The notes under the pieces: model-generated
The model's input: the letters and a program-made list of their open reading frames with translations, nothing else
Database searches by the model: none
Told to the model about the DNA's origin: nothing
Program-made: the position numbers and the translations under genes
Shown here: positions 1 through 8,419 of the stretch, piece after piece
How the letters are laid out: each line of letters starts with the position of its first letter
Position numbering within the stretch: position 1 is the first letter of the stretch
Source: an uncultured virus (IMG/VR IMGVR_UViG_3300025133_000034)
Lineage: Duplodnaviria > Heunggongvirae > Uroviricota > Caudoviricetes
Length of the DNA: 20,000 nt
Virus record (IMG/VR): IMGVR_UViG_3300025133_000034
Reading direction: 5' to 3' (one strand)

Positions 1-390
1 ATCAGATTCTAAATTTATAGGCAGATCTTCGTATTGAACATCCCTCTTTAATCTTTTAGAATTTTGTTTTACTTTATGAATAAACCAATTTTTAGTTATG
101 ACACTGAAATAAGAAAACGCTTTTGATTTTTTACTTGGATCGTATTTGTCTAAAATTGTTATAAGCCATAGCTTGCAATCATCTTTTAAATAATCGATAT
201 TTGGCAAATTATTAAATTTGTACGTATACACAATTTTATCTACCATTTCGTCAAATGCAGGACCAATATATTGTATATATAATTCTGATCTTATACTTTT
301 TTCGTCAGTTAAGGCATAATCTATAATTGCATTTTCATGCACTTTTGTAAAATAATTATTCTTCTTTCGGGTTTTCTTCTTCGTAGTCAT
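1..390 (-). CDS. RNA polymerase sigma factor, phage late-sigma (T4 gp55-like); partial, runs off the left edge
   Basis: Not in the ORF track. Manual translation from ATG at 390 is open to base 1: MTTKKKTRKKNNYFTKVHENAIIDY...LKDDCKLWLITILDKYDPSKKSKAFSYFSVITKNWFIHKVKQ. KYDPSK..KAFSYF..I.KN resembles sigma region 2 (FDP.K..F.YF..I) as seen in phage late sigmas. Confidence 0.75.
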   Translation of the reverse strand, partial: MTTKKKTRKKNNYFTKVHENAIIDYALTDEKSIRSELYIQYIGPAFDEMVDKIVYTYKFNNLPNIDYLKDDCKLWLITILDKYDPSKKSKAFSYFSVITKNWFIHKVKQNSKRLKRDVQYEDLPINLESD

Positions 391-745
391 CTTCTTCTTC
401 TTCTTGGATATCGACCTCTATATTAAAATATTTTTCTTGTATATCAATATATTGGTTGAGTAGTTCTCTAGAGTGATCAATGAGATATTGTAAATTTTCA
501 TCGCCGTAATACATCTCTAATTCATGAATCTGCTCCAAGTGTTCAGAAAACTTTTCTGTACTCTCGAACATAATATTCATGTCATCTTCAATTTTACTAC
601 TTTCTATCAAAAACTGGTAAACATACCAAAGAAAGAAGATGTTTATTAATGCACTAACATATAAAAGGAAAGGAACAACTCCAGCTATGTACATCAATAA
701 TATTGCATTCAATATTATTGATACAAAAAAAATAATTTTACTCAT
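356..745 (-). CDS. Hypothetical membrane protein (about two N-terminal TM helices, acidic C-terminus)
   Basis: Hydrophobic stretch IIFFVSIILNAILLMYIAGVVPFLLYVSALINIFFLWYVYQF and acidic tail EEEEDDYEEENPKEE. ATG at 745 overlaps the upstream gene end and is preferred over 763. Confidence 0.7.
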   Translation of the reverse strand: MSKIIFFVSIILNAILLMYIAGVVPFLLYVSALINIFFLWYVYQFLIESSKIEDDMNIMFESTEKFSEHLEQIHELEMYYGDENLQYLIDHSRELLNQYIDIQEKYFNIEVDIQEEEEDDYEEENPKEE

Positions 746-998
746 TTGAGCTATAAAGTTCATTACTTAATTTCTCTTTCTGATTATCTAAATCAGACTT
801 AAATTCTTCAATCGAGCGTTTAACAATATCACCAACTTTTTTATCTGCTTCTCTTATATCTAAAACAAATTGAGTTGGTAATTTTTGTAAAGAATTTTGT
901 TTGCCACAATCTTCACATTTTTCTCTTTTATCGCTCATAGAGTGATAAATAGCAACAATACTTTTACAGTCAGTGCACTTGTAAATGTATTTAGGCAC
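738..998 (-). CDS. FmdB-family zinc-ribbon protein
   Basis: (M)PKYIYKCTDC...H...CEDCG matches the MP.Y.Y.CxxC...CxxCG pattern. The likely start is GTG at 998, 1 nt after the upstream stop. Confidence 0.75.
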   Translation of the reverse strand: MPKYIYKCTDCKSIVAIYHSMSDKREKCEDCGKQNSLQKLPTQFVLDIREADKKVGDIVKRSIEEFKSDLDNQKEKLSNELYSSNE

Positions 999-999
999 C

Positions 1000-1206
1000 T
1001 TATTCTGACCCACTATCTATGGGGTATTCATCGTCGCTGTCGTGTTCTAATTTCACTAGCGGAGGATTCATAATATACAATTGTTGTTCTTCGCCTATTT
1101 TAAAATCAAAATCTTTTAAAACAGGCACTATATCGCTCTGCTCCAACAAAGATTTTTGTAGGGCCATCATGACCGCGCCTAAAGCCTCATCTGATAGTTT
1201 TAACAT
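1000..1206 (-). CDS. Hypothetical protein
   Basis: ATG at 1206 is preceded by AAGGAG; fills the gap between neighbours; begins MLKLSDEALGAVMMALQKSLLEQSDIVPVL. Confidence 0.7.
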   Translation of the reverse strand: MLKLSDEALGAVMMALQKSLLEQSDIVPVLKDFDFKIGEEQQLYIMNPPLVKLEHDSDDEYPIDSGSE

Positions 1207-1207
1207 T

Positions 1208-2107
1208 TTATTCTCCTTTGTTATACCATTCATAAGTTTTTCTCAAGCCCTCCTGAAAGGGCGTAAAATTATATTTTCCGATTAGCTGCATTAATATGTC
1301 GTTCCTGCCATCTTTGCGTAGTGGCCCTTCAAGTTTTCCATTAAAGTTATATTTTACATCTTTTTTAGAAATTTTTAAACAAATATCAATCATTTCTTTA
1401 ATAGAGGGGTTTTCATAAGGCGCCACTATAATGGGATCGTTCGTGTGGTGTTTTTCTAGTAATAGTGGAATAATTTGTGCCAAATCTTCGACATAAAGCT
1501 GTTGCCGTCGAGGCTTTCCTGTGCCCCAAAACTCTAGCGTATCGCCATGGTTTGATTCAGAAAATTTTCTTATCATAGCTGGAACAAAATGAGAAGATGT
1601 AGAATCAAAATTATCATCCGGGCCGTATACATTTGAAGGTGAGAATGTACTATAATCCACTCCATACTGCTGTCTATATGCAGATGACATTACATGTAGA
1701 CATCTTTTTGCATAACCATATGAAAAATTGCTTTCTGGTGGAGGGCCTTTAAATAAATCACCCTCGTTAAAAGGAAAAGATTTTATATTTTCCGGGAAGA
1801 CACACGTGCTCAAAATTGATAATACACGAGGGACACTCTCTTTATACGCTTCATGTATTACATTTGTATTGATTTTAATATTCTTATGTATATATTCAGC
1901 TTGTTTATCGGTATTATCCTTAATTCCACCTACTTTGCCAGCTAAATGTATAATGGCATCTAGATGCCTATGATCACGAATCATGCCACGAGTTTGATAA
2001 TCGCTGGTTAAATCGTAGTCTTTTGATGAAATGTAAATCCATTCTGGCTTTTCTTTTTTAAGAGCGGAACCTATAAAACCACTACCGCCTGTAACTAATA
2101 TTCTCAT
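1208..2107 (-). CDS. fcl: GDP-L-fucose synthase (GDP-4-keto-6-deoxymannose 3,5-epimerase/4-reductase) family
   Basis: GGSGFIG NAD(P) motif, HLAGKVGG, STCVFP (catalytic Ser/Cys), YGYAK (YxxxK), NVYGPDDNF, SHFVP (catalytic His), WGTGKPRRQ. Confidence 0.88.
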   Translation of the reverse strand: MRILVTGGSGFIGSALKKEKPEWIYISSKDYDLTSDYQTRGMIRDHRHLDAIIHLAGKVGGIKDNTDKQAEYIHKNIKINTNVIHEAYKESVPRVLSILSTCVFPENIKSFPFNEGDLFKGPPPESNFSYGYAKRCLHVMSSAYRQQYGVDYSTFSPSNVYGPDDNFDSTSSHFVPAMIRKFSESNHGDTLEFWGTGKPRRQQLYVEDLAQIIPLLLEKHHTNDPIIVAPYENPSIKEMIDICLKISKKDVKYNFNGKLEGPLRKDGRNDILMQLIGKYNFTPFQEGLRKTYEWYNKGE

Positions 2108-2982
2108 TAAAGTGTAAACTCCTTCTCAAAAAAATCACCGCAAGCACAATGTTCGGTGAAATACTTTTTTGCATCTTCGCTAAACCATTTAAAAATATAA
2201 TTATTCATTAATTTAACAAAATTTTCTTCGCTTAAGTTGCCAAAACCATCACAATAATGCCATACTTTTATCTGTTTATGATCTTTAGTATAAAGTTTTT
2301 TATCTTGAACATAGAATTTATTTAAATGAGGTCCCCAAGGTTTTTCATAAGTAGAAAATTTTGCTGGTTTACCAGGTCCATCCAACGGCTGGGCGTGATA
2401 ACCTTTCGGAAGACACATGTTTCCTTTTGAGCGAACATTGTAAACAACTTTACTTTTTAAATAAGGTCCATCAACTATTTTACAAGAATATTTATAATCA
2501 TTTGACCATACAACATAGTTCAACGCACCCTGTTCCGCATATGCAGGGAAAAGTGGTGATTTTTTTATAATGTCACGAATAGCTTTTAAGTTATTAAAAC
2601 AAATTACATCTGCATTTAAATGTGTTTCTTCGGTTGGAGTGAGCAACATATGATTGTCAACCAAGTAATAGGGATAATCTAGCGAAGCTAAAATATCATG
2701 TTCATTATCATCTAAAAATTCATTTAATCTTGCACATGTTATAGTATCGGCGCCTAAAATAATTATTTTGTCTAATTTATGTTTTATCATTATTTCATAA
2801 GCTAGCATATATTTAGAAGCGCCGGTGTCCGGCACCGCGGTTAGCCCGTGAGCTTCTCTATTATTCTTATTAACATGAAACAATGTTATATCAGGATGGA
2901 ATTTTTTGAAACTTTCCATCGCACATGATCCAAGTTTTTCGTATTTTCTTCCATAAAAATATATTAAACAACCAATTTTCAT
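2107..2982 (-). CDS. Putative GT-A fold glycosyltransferase, GT8-like (divergent)
   Basis: Motif order parallels GT8: IIILGADT (cf. YLDAD), LNADV (cf. FNSGV), AEQGALN (cf. DQDALN), VWHYCDG (cf. IIHY.G). Lies inside a sugar locus. Confidence 0.5.
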   Translation of the reverse strand: MKIGCLIYFYGRKYEKLGSCAMESFKKFHPDITLFHVNKNNREAHGLTAVPDTGASKYMLAYEIMIKHKLDKIIILGADTITCARLNEFLDDNEHDILASLDYPYYLVDNHMLLTPTEETHLNADVICFNNLKAIRDIIKKSPLFPAYAEQGALNYVVWSNDYKYSCKIVDGPYLKSKVVYNVRSKGNMCLPKGYHAQPLDGPGKPAKFSTYEKPWGPHLNKFYVQDKKLYTKDHKQIKVWHYCDGFGNLSEENFVKLMNNYIFKWFSEDAKKYFTEHCACGDFFEKEFTL

Positions 2983-3021
2983 TCAGCCCTCTTTAATTGT
3001 AAAATGAACTTTAAATTTATA

Positions 3022-4875
3022 CTATTCAACTTCACTATATTTAACACTAGTGTTATTGCGTCCGTCCATGGTGATGATAGGAAAACGTTTTTTTATAGTT
3101 TTTCCTTTGATTCTATTTCTTTCATCATCAAAATCACTCTCAATAGCAGTAATCATGGTGCCGTCTTCCCTAACAACAGCTTCGGAAGCTTGTTCATTAT
3201 TGTGCTCAATTCCAGACTTTTCTTTTCTTTGAATTCCGTGCCAATAATTCATTCTTTCTTTGTCTCTCTCTACTTGTTCTTTGTATTTTTTCTTAAATGG
3301 CTCCCGGGCGGGAGCACTCATACCATTCAATAAGTTGCTCAACAGCGCTTTCTCTACTTCTTCATAAAACATTTTTCTTTCTTCTACGGCATCTTCTCTA
3401 ACAAAAGAAGCCCTTAGAAGACCATACGTTAAATCCCCTCTTGCAGAAAAAATTTGTTTAATGAGACCGGTCAAGCCAAAATTATATTTTAATGAATAAT
3501 CTACAATAGAAGGTATCAATTTTCTTTGTATCAAAAAGTTTTCAGGAGATTCTAATATGCGATTTAAGCTAATAGCATTTCTTATTTTATCTTTCCATTC
3601 TAAAAGTTTTGCATACGTGTGGTCAACTTCATAAAACGGAACGCCACCATCTGTTAGCCAGTATTCATCATCGATGACACCATAGTCTTCAATTTCCATC
3701 TTGGCTTCTTTAGCTATAGTAAATAATTCTGTCCCGGGATATATACCGGCCACACCAATGTCATCATAGTATATATATTGCATTTCTTGCAATTCTTGCA
3801 CAAAATCTATTGTCTCATCTATTGTCTCTTCTGACTCACCAGGAAGACCTGCTATAAGAAAGGTGGTGGTTTTTATACCAGTTTCTGAAAATAATTTTCT
3901 GCCATGACGAACAGACTTATGAGTTAATCCCTTTTTCATTAACCTCATTACGTGTTCCGAGCCTGATTCTAGACCAAAAAGAACATGCACAAATCCAGCT
4001 TCTTTCATCAACATAACAACTTCTCTAGAGATTGGTCGAAAGCGAGCGCTGCAAATAAAATTTGTTTTGATGCCTCGCTTAATTATTTCTTTGCAAAACT
4101 CTATTGTTCTGTCCTTCACAATCATAAAAGCGTCATCATGAATCCACACCGTGTTGATTGAGGGGTGATTAATTAAAATTTGTTCTACTTCATCGCATAT
4201 ATTGCTAGCAGAGCGACATCTAACTTTACGACGGCTTGCTGCGTCTAGAACGCAGAAATTACACTTATACGGGCAGCCGCGGCTAGTAAGAAGGCCGGCA
4301 ATGTCTTTCCCCTCCCAAATAAAAAGCTCATGCTTGGGAAATGGAAGTACATCGAGATCAGCAATCAGGGCGCGGGCGCCAGTTACTACAACTTCTTCTT
4401 TATTTTTATCATAGTAAGCTATGCCTCTGACATCATCGATCGGCAATCCATTTTCCCACCTCTCCATAAGCTCGCCTAGTGTTACCTCTCCCTCCCCGAC
4501 AACACATATGACCTCAGGATAAGCTTCAGCCAGCTGGTGATACATAACACTGACGTGCATCCCGCCAATTACAATTTTAGTATCTGGCGAAATTTTCTGA
4601 ATTAATTTAATTAATTTATAAGCGCCGACGCGGCTGTGAGTCATCATAGAAATCCCCACCACATCAGGCTTGAACGTTTCTATGTCTCCCTTGAGGGTCT
4701 TAAGACATTTCTCCATTGAGACATTGTTTAAGAATTGTGTTTTGATATTGTAGCCCCTGTCTAGGCTCTCTAGGTAAGAATGTAGATAACCCAATCCTAG
4801 TGGATAGTGGCTGTCATGATCATTCTCTATTCTATGATCTTCTTCTATAGTAGTACAAGTTAATAATATATTCAT
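3022..4875 (-). CDS. Cobalamin-binding radical SAM protein (class B methyltransferase-like)
   Basis: N-terminal B12-binding domain (PLGLGYL, PDVVGIS, IVIGGMH, GEGE), TSRGCPYKCNFC (CxxxCxxC), DDAF, FGLESGS, GLPGES, YPGTELF. ATG at 4875 lies just after the rmlB stop. Confidence 0.88.
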   Translation of the reverse strand: MNILLTCTTIEEDHRIENDHDSHYPLGLGYLHSYLESLDRGYNIKTQFLNNVSMEKCLKTLKGDIETFKPDVVGISMMTHSRVGAYKLIKLIQKISPDTKIVIGGMHVSVMYHQLAEAYPEVICVVGEGEVTLGELMERWENGLPIDDVRGIAYYDKNKEEVVVTGARALIADLDVLPFPKHELFIWEGKDIAGLLTSRGCPYKCNFCVLDAASRRKVRCRSASNICDEVEQILINHPSINTVWIHDDAFMIVKDRTIEFCKEIIKRGIKTNFICSARFRPISREVVMLMKEAGFVHVLFGLESGSEHVMRLMKKGLTHKSVRHGRKLFSETGIKTTTFLIAGLPGESEETIDETIDFVQELQEMQYIYYDDIGVAGIYPGTELFTIAKEAKMEIEDYGVIDDEYWLTDGGVPFYEVDHTYAKLLEWKDKIRNAISLNRILESPENFLIQRKLIPSIVDYSLKYNFGLTGLIKQIFSARGDLTYGLLRASFVREDAVEERKMFYEEVEKALLSNLLNGMSAPAREPFKKKYKEQVERDKERMNYWHGIQRKEKSGIEHNNEQASEAVVREDGTMITAIESDFDDERNRIKGKTIKKRFPIITMDGRNNTSVKYSEVE

Positions 4876-4880
4876 TTTTC

Positions 4881-5831
4881 TTACCATCGCCAATTATCTT
4901 TATAATATTCAACAATTTTTATTATTTCCTCATCAAAAGACTTCTTTGGCCTCCAGCCTAGATTTTTTATTTTTTCGTCATTTAACGCATACCTTACATC
5001 TTGACCGATGCGAGAATAAGAGAAGTCTATATGTTCTTTATAGTTTTCTCTATCTCCATGATATTGCACAATAATCTTTCTAACAGTATCTAGGTTCTGT
5101 TGTTCAAAATTACCAGCAACATTATAGACTTCATTAAAAAAACCAGAATTAATAACAGTTATAACTGCAGCTGTAGTATCATCAACATGTAGCCAGTTTC
5201 TATAAGGGGTACCGCCATTATGCAGCCGTATTTTTTTACCTCTCATGAGATTTTTTACTGACAATGGAATAAGTTTTTCGGGATATTGCCCGATACCATA
5301 ATTGTTAGTTGGGCGGAGGATGTTGTAGCGAAGGCCATATGTTCTGGCCCATGCTAGTATCAGCATATCTGCTGCAGCTTTTGACGCAGCATATGGGTTA
5401 CTAGGGTATAAGAGATCTTCTTCTGTGTGTTCGCCATGATTGATATCCCCATATACCTCATCTGTGCTAAGATGAAGAAAGGCAGGTCGCGGATTACAAT
5501 TCTCCTGCTTATGCCGAATAAGTTCTAATAGATTCTTAACTCCTAAAATATTGGTATTTATAAAATCATCGCTTGATACAATACTATTTCCAACATGAGA
5601 TTCAGCTGCATAATTTACTACATAATCACAATCGTAAAGATGTGTGAGGCTTCTTATATCCTTCCTTTCGAAAGAGAAGTTTTCATAACTACAAAACTCA
5701 TCAAGCAATTTAGAATTAGCTGCATAAGTCAGCTTGTCAACGCCATAAACTTTCCAACCAAGTTTTAAGGCAGCTCTTGTAAAATGTGAGCCCATAAAGC
5801 CTAAACATCCGGTTACATATATTAGTTTCAT
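4881..5831 (-). CDS. rmlB: dTDP-glucose 4,6-dehydratase (RmlB/RfbB family)
   Basis: GCLGFMG, DKLTYA, AAESHV, STDEVYG, PSNPYAASK, NNYG..QYPEKLIP, R.GQDVRYA. Confidence 0.9.
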   Translation of the reverse strand: MKLIYVTGCLGFMGSHFTRAALKLGWKVYGVDKLTYAANSKLLDEFCSYENFSFERKDIRSLTHLYDCDYVVNYAAESHVGNSIVSSDDFINTNILGVKNLLELIRHKQENCNPRPAFLHLSTDEVYGDINHGEHTEEDLLYPSNPYAASKAAADMLILAWARTYGLRYNILRPTNNYGIGQYPEKLIPLSVKNLMRGKKIRLHNGGTPYRNWLHVDDTTAAVITVINSGFFNEVYNVAGNFEQQNLDTVRKIIVQYHGDRENYKEHIDFSYSRIGQDVRYALNDEKIKNLGWRPKKSFDEEIIKIVEYYKDNWRW

Positions 5832-7156
5832 TGTAACTCCTTGAAAAACGTGTCGACTATTTTTTTAATATAAGAAATTTTTTGTTCAGTCATGCCAATA
5901 AATGTTCCCAAAAAGAAAGAGCTAGTAGTTACTAAATGGGCGTTTTTAAACGTGTTTCTAAGGTCTGTGTAGTCGTCCCTTAAGTGCATATAGCCTGGAT
6001 GATACATAATATTACCAGAAAAATAAGATCTAGTTTGAATCTTATTTTTCTCCAAGAAGGAAACAAAATCATTTCTATTAAATGGCGATTCTTCTTTAAT
6101 AGTTAACAAAAAAGCAAACCAATTTGGATCAGAGTTCTCTGTTCGCTCCGGCAAATGAAAATATTTCTCATAAGGCTTGAAAACTTTTAAAAGCTTTCGA
6201 AAATTCTCTCGACGGGCTTCATCTAGAACAGGAAGTTTCTTAATCTGCTCTAGGCCAATAGCAGCTTGTAGTTCTATAGGTTTTAAATTATATCCAATTT
6301 CATCAAAAACGTATCTGTGGTCGTAATTAAATTCAGGTAAATCCGGGAGCCATGGTTGAAGCCTGTCTCCGCATGCAGTATCGGAGACAACGCAGCCGGG
6401 CTTTCCAGTATTGCAATAGCATGCGCGGCCCCAGTCTCTAAAACTAGATAACGATTTTCTCATTGCGCCTTTGTCTGTCGCGATGAAGCCGCCTTCGCCC
6501 AAGGTCATGTGATGTGCCGGAAAAAAAGAACATGTTGAGACGTCGCCAAAAGATCCCAATTTTTTGTCTCTATAAGTAGAACCTAGAGCGTCACATGCGT
6601 CTTCGATAAAGATTAAATTATGATCATCTATAATACTCATCAAGCGATCCATATTTGGAGGATTTCCAAGTACATGCGCGAACATTATTCCTTTAATGCC
6701 GGGATCTTTTTTCAATATTTTTTCTACTTCATCTAGATCTAGATTTAAATCTGGCAATGTCACATCTACAAAGACCGGCTTCAGATTGCATTGAATTAAA
6801 GGATTTATAGTAGTAGGAAAGCATACAACAGGAGTTATAAATTTATCTCCATCTTTTAGGCCAAAATGAGATTTTACTGCAGTCACGGCCAGCAAATTAG
6901 CTGAGCTTCCTGAATTTGTCAAGGATCCATATTTTTTTCCTAAGAATTTCGGAAATTCTAATTCAAACTCCCGAGACTTCTTACCAAAAATTAACCATTC
7001 ATCCAAAAGGCTATCAAACGCCGCGGTATACTCTTTTTCATCGAAATGAGGTCCGGAATAGGAAACCCAGTCTTTTCCTGGTACCCAGGAATCACATGAC
7101 CTTTTCTCTAGAATATATTTTTTTACTAGATCTAATATCTCTCGTTTTGTTACCAT
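5828..7156 (-). CDS. rfbH: NDP-4-keto-6-deoxyglucose 3-dehydratase (RfbH/DdhC/E1 type; PMP and Fe-S dependent)
   Basis: DegT fold with NSGSSANL, FPTTINP, HVLGNP, EDACDALGS. SFFPAHHMTLGEGG has His in place of the Schiff-base Lys. Cys cluster RDWGRACYC...C...C and YDHRY. Confidence 0.9.
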   Translation of the reverse strand: MVTKREILDLVKKYILEKRSCDSWVPGKDWVSYSGPHFDEKEYTAAFDSLLDEWLIFGKKSREFELEFPKFLGKKYGSLTNSGSSANLLAVTAVKSHFGLKDGDKFITPVVCFPTTINPLIQCNLKPVFVDVTLPDLNLDLDEVEKILKKDPGIKGIMFAHVLGNPPNMDRLMSIIDDHNLIFIEDACDALGSTYRDKKLGSFGDVSTCSFFPAHHMTLGEGGFIATDKGAMRKSLSSFRDWGRACYCNTGKPGCVVSDTACGDRLQPWLPDLPEFNYDHRYVFDEIGYNLKPIELQAAIGLEQIKKLPVLDEARRENFRKLLKVFKPYEKYFHLPERTENSDPNWFAFLLTIKEESPFNRNDFVSFLEKNKIQTRSYFSGNIMYHPGYMHLRDDYTDLRNTFKNAHLVTTSSFFLGTFIGMTEQKISYIKKIVDTFFKELQ

Positions 7157-7941
7157 TTCCCCTCATGCGTTTTTTTAAGAGCCGTAATAGTCTCTTCTAA
7201 TCTAACAAATATATCGCTGCTAATTATCTTATTCAAATATTCTGTATTCTGGCCAAAATAATTATCAATACTGGGCTCAAGGATTTTAACACCTGCTTCA
7301 GTGATGCATCTTTCTTTTATTATATTAGCTATCTCGTGTAATGTCAAGCTAGTCCTATAGCTACAATCTACGCTTTTTTTTAAGTTATTGTTATTAATAT
7401 AATAATCAATTAAAATTAATAAATCTTTCATATGAAAAAAATCCATTTTCTTGTCTTTGTGGACTATTATCTCCTTTCCACCTAGCGCTCTATTGACACT
7501 TGCTTTAATGAATCGTGTGTTGATTTCATTTTCATCAAAAAGACCATAAATTTTGATATTATAAAAAGAATCTAAGTCTTCTATAAGTAAGCCAATCGCT
7601 TTTTTGCTGATACCATAAAAACTAGTAGGCTTATCTTGAGCGCCTGATCCAAAATGAATAAACTTACCATATTTAGATTTGTGTCTTAGCAAGTTACAAA
7701 ACATCTCTAGATTGTCTGAAACGATGCTTTCTGTTTCTTGAATTAAACGACTGCCGCCCACAACGGCTGTATGTATAACGACGTCACAGCTAAAGCCTTT
7801 AAAGTAGCCATCAACTTGTTCTTTGTTCGACAAGTCACACACAGCTCTATTTAGCCTGAATATTTGATGTCCTTTACTTTCTAAGTAATTGCTAACAGAA
7901 GAGCCAATATAACCATTTGATCCTGTAATCAATATTTTCAT
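7150..7941 (-). CDS. NAD(P)-dependent sugar epimerase/reductase (extended SDR)
   Basis: GSNGYIG, HTAVVGG, HFGSGA, YGISK (YxxxK). Confidence 0.8.
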   Translation of the reverse strand: MKILITGSNGYIGSSVSNYLESKGHQIFRLNRAVCDLSNKEQVDGYFKGFSCDVVIHTAVVGGSRLIQETESIVSDNLEMFCNLLRHKSKYGKFIHFGSGAQDKPTSFYGISKKAIGLLIEDLDSFYNIKIYGLFDENEINTRFIKASVNRALGGKEIIVHKDKKMDFFHMKDLLILIDYYINNNNLKKSVDCSYRTSLTLHEIANIIKERCITEAGVKILEPSIDNYFGQNTEYLNKIISSDIFVRLEETITALKKTHEGKW

Positions 7942-7942
7942 T

Positions 7943-8419
7943 TTACCTCTTGAGATTCAAGTAAGTAGGCATGTTGTTATTTATTAGGTTGTCAAAATTT
8001 TTGTCTAGCTCATGCTCTGTTCTAGGATGCATGGTAATGACGTTTTCGAAACACTTCATTATTTTTTTGTCGTCTTCTGCCCAATGAGAAAATCCAAGAT
8101 ATCCATAATCTCTATCGCGACCACCGCCAATTAGCTTGACAGGTGTTTTTTCATGATCAAGATAGTTTCTTATTAATTCGAAAGGACGGTATAACACAAA
8201 AGGAGTTATAGAATATACCACTGGTATCTTTCCTTCCATGGCCATTCCTGTTGCCGCTCCTACCATCAACTGTTCGGACGAACCAAAGTTATAAAAGCGA
8301 TCGCTATAGTCGATTCTTATGCGATCCCACAGACCATATCCGAGATCACCCGTTAATAGAATGATATCTTGGTTTACACTCATTTCAGAATGTAGCTTTT
8401 GACTAAAGTGTTTTCTCAT
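7943..8419 (-). CDS. Transketolase-like subunit, pyrimidine-binding domain only
   Basis: TGDLG, RFYNFGSSEQLMVGAATGMAMEG, FVLYRPFELIRN, GFSHW; ends at PTYLNL. Confidence 0.85.
   Translation of the reverse strand: MRKHFSQKLHSEMSVNQDIILLTGDLGYGLWDRIRIDYSDRFYNFGSSEQLMVGAATGMAMEGKIPVVYSITPFVLYRPFELIRNYLDHEKTPVKLIGGGRDRDYGYLGFSHWAEDDKKIMKCFENVITMHPRTEHELDKNFDNLINNNMPTYLNLKR

Noticed and set aside
2821..2833. GC-rich inverted repeat GCCGG-TGT-CCGGC
   Set aside because: Only a 5-bp stem inside a CDS, with no U-tract; not supportable as a terminator.
5828..7156. Annotation as a DegT aminotransferase or ColD
   Set aside because: His replaces the catalytic Lys, arguing against an aminotransferase, and the Fe-S Cys cluster is present, which ColD lacks.
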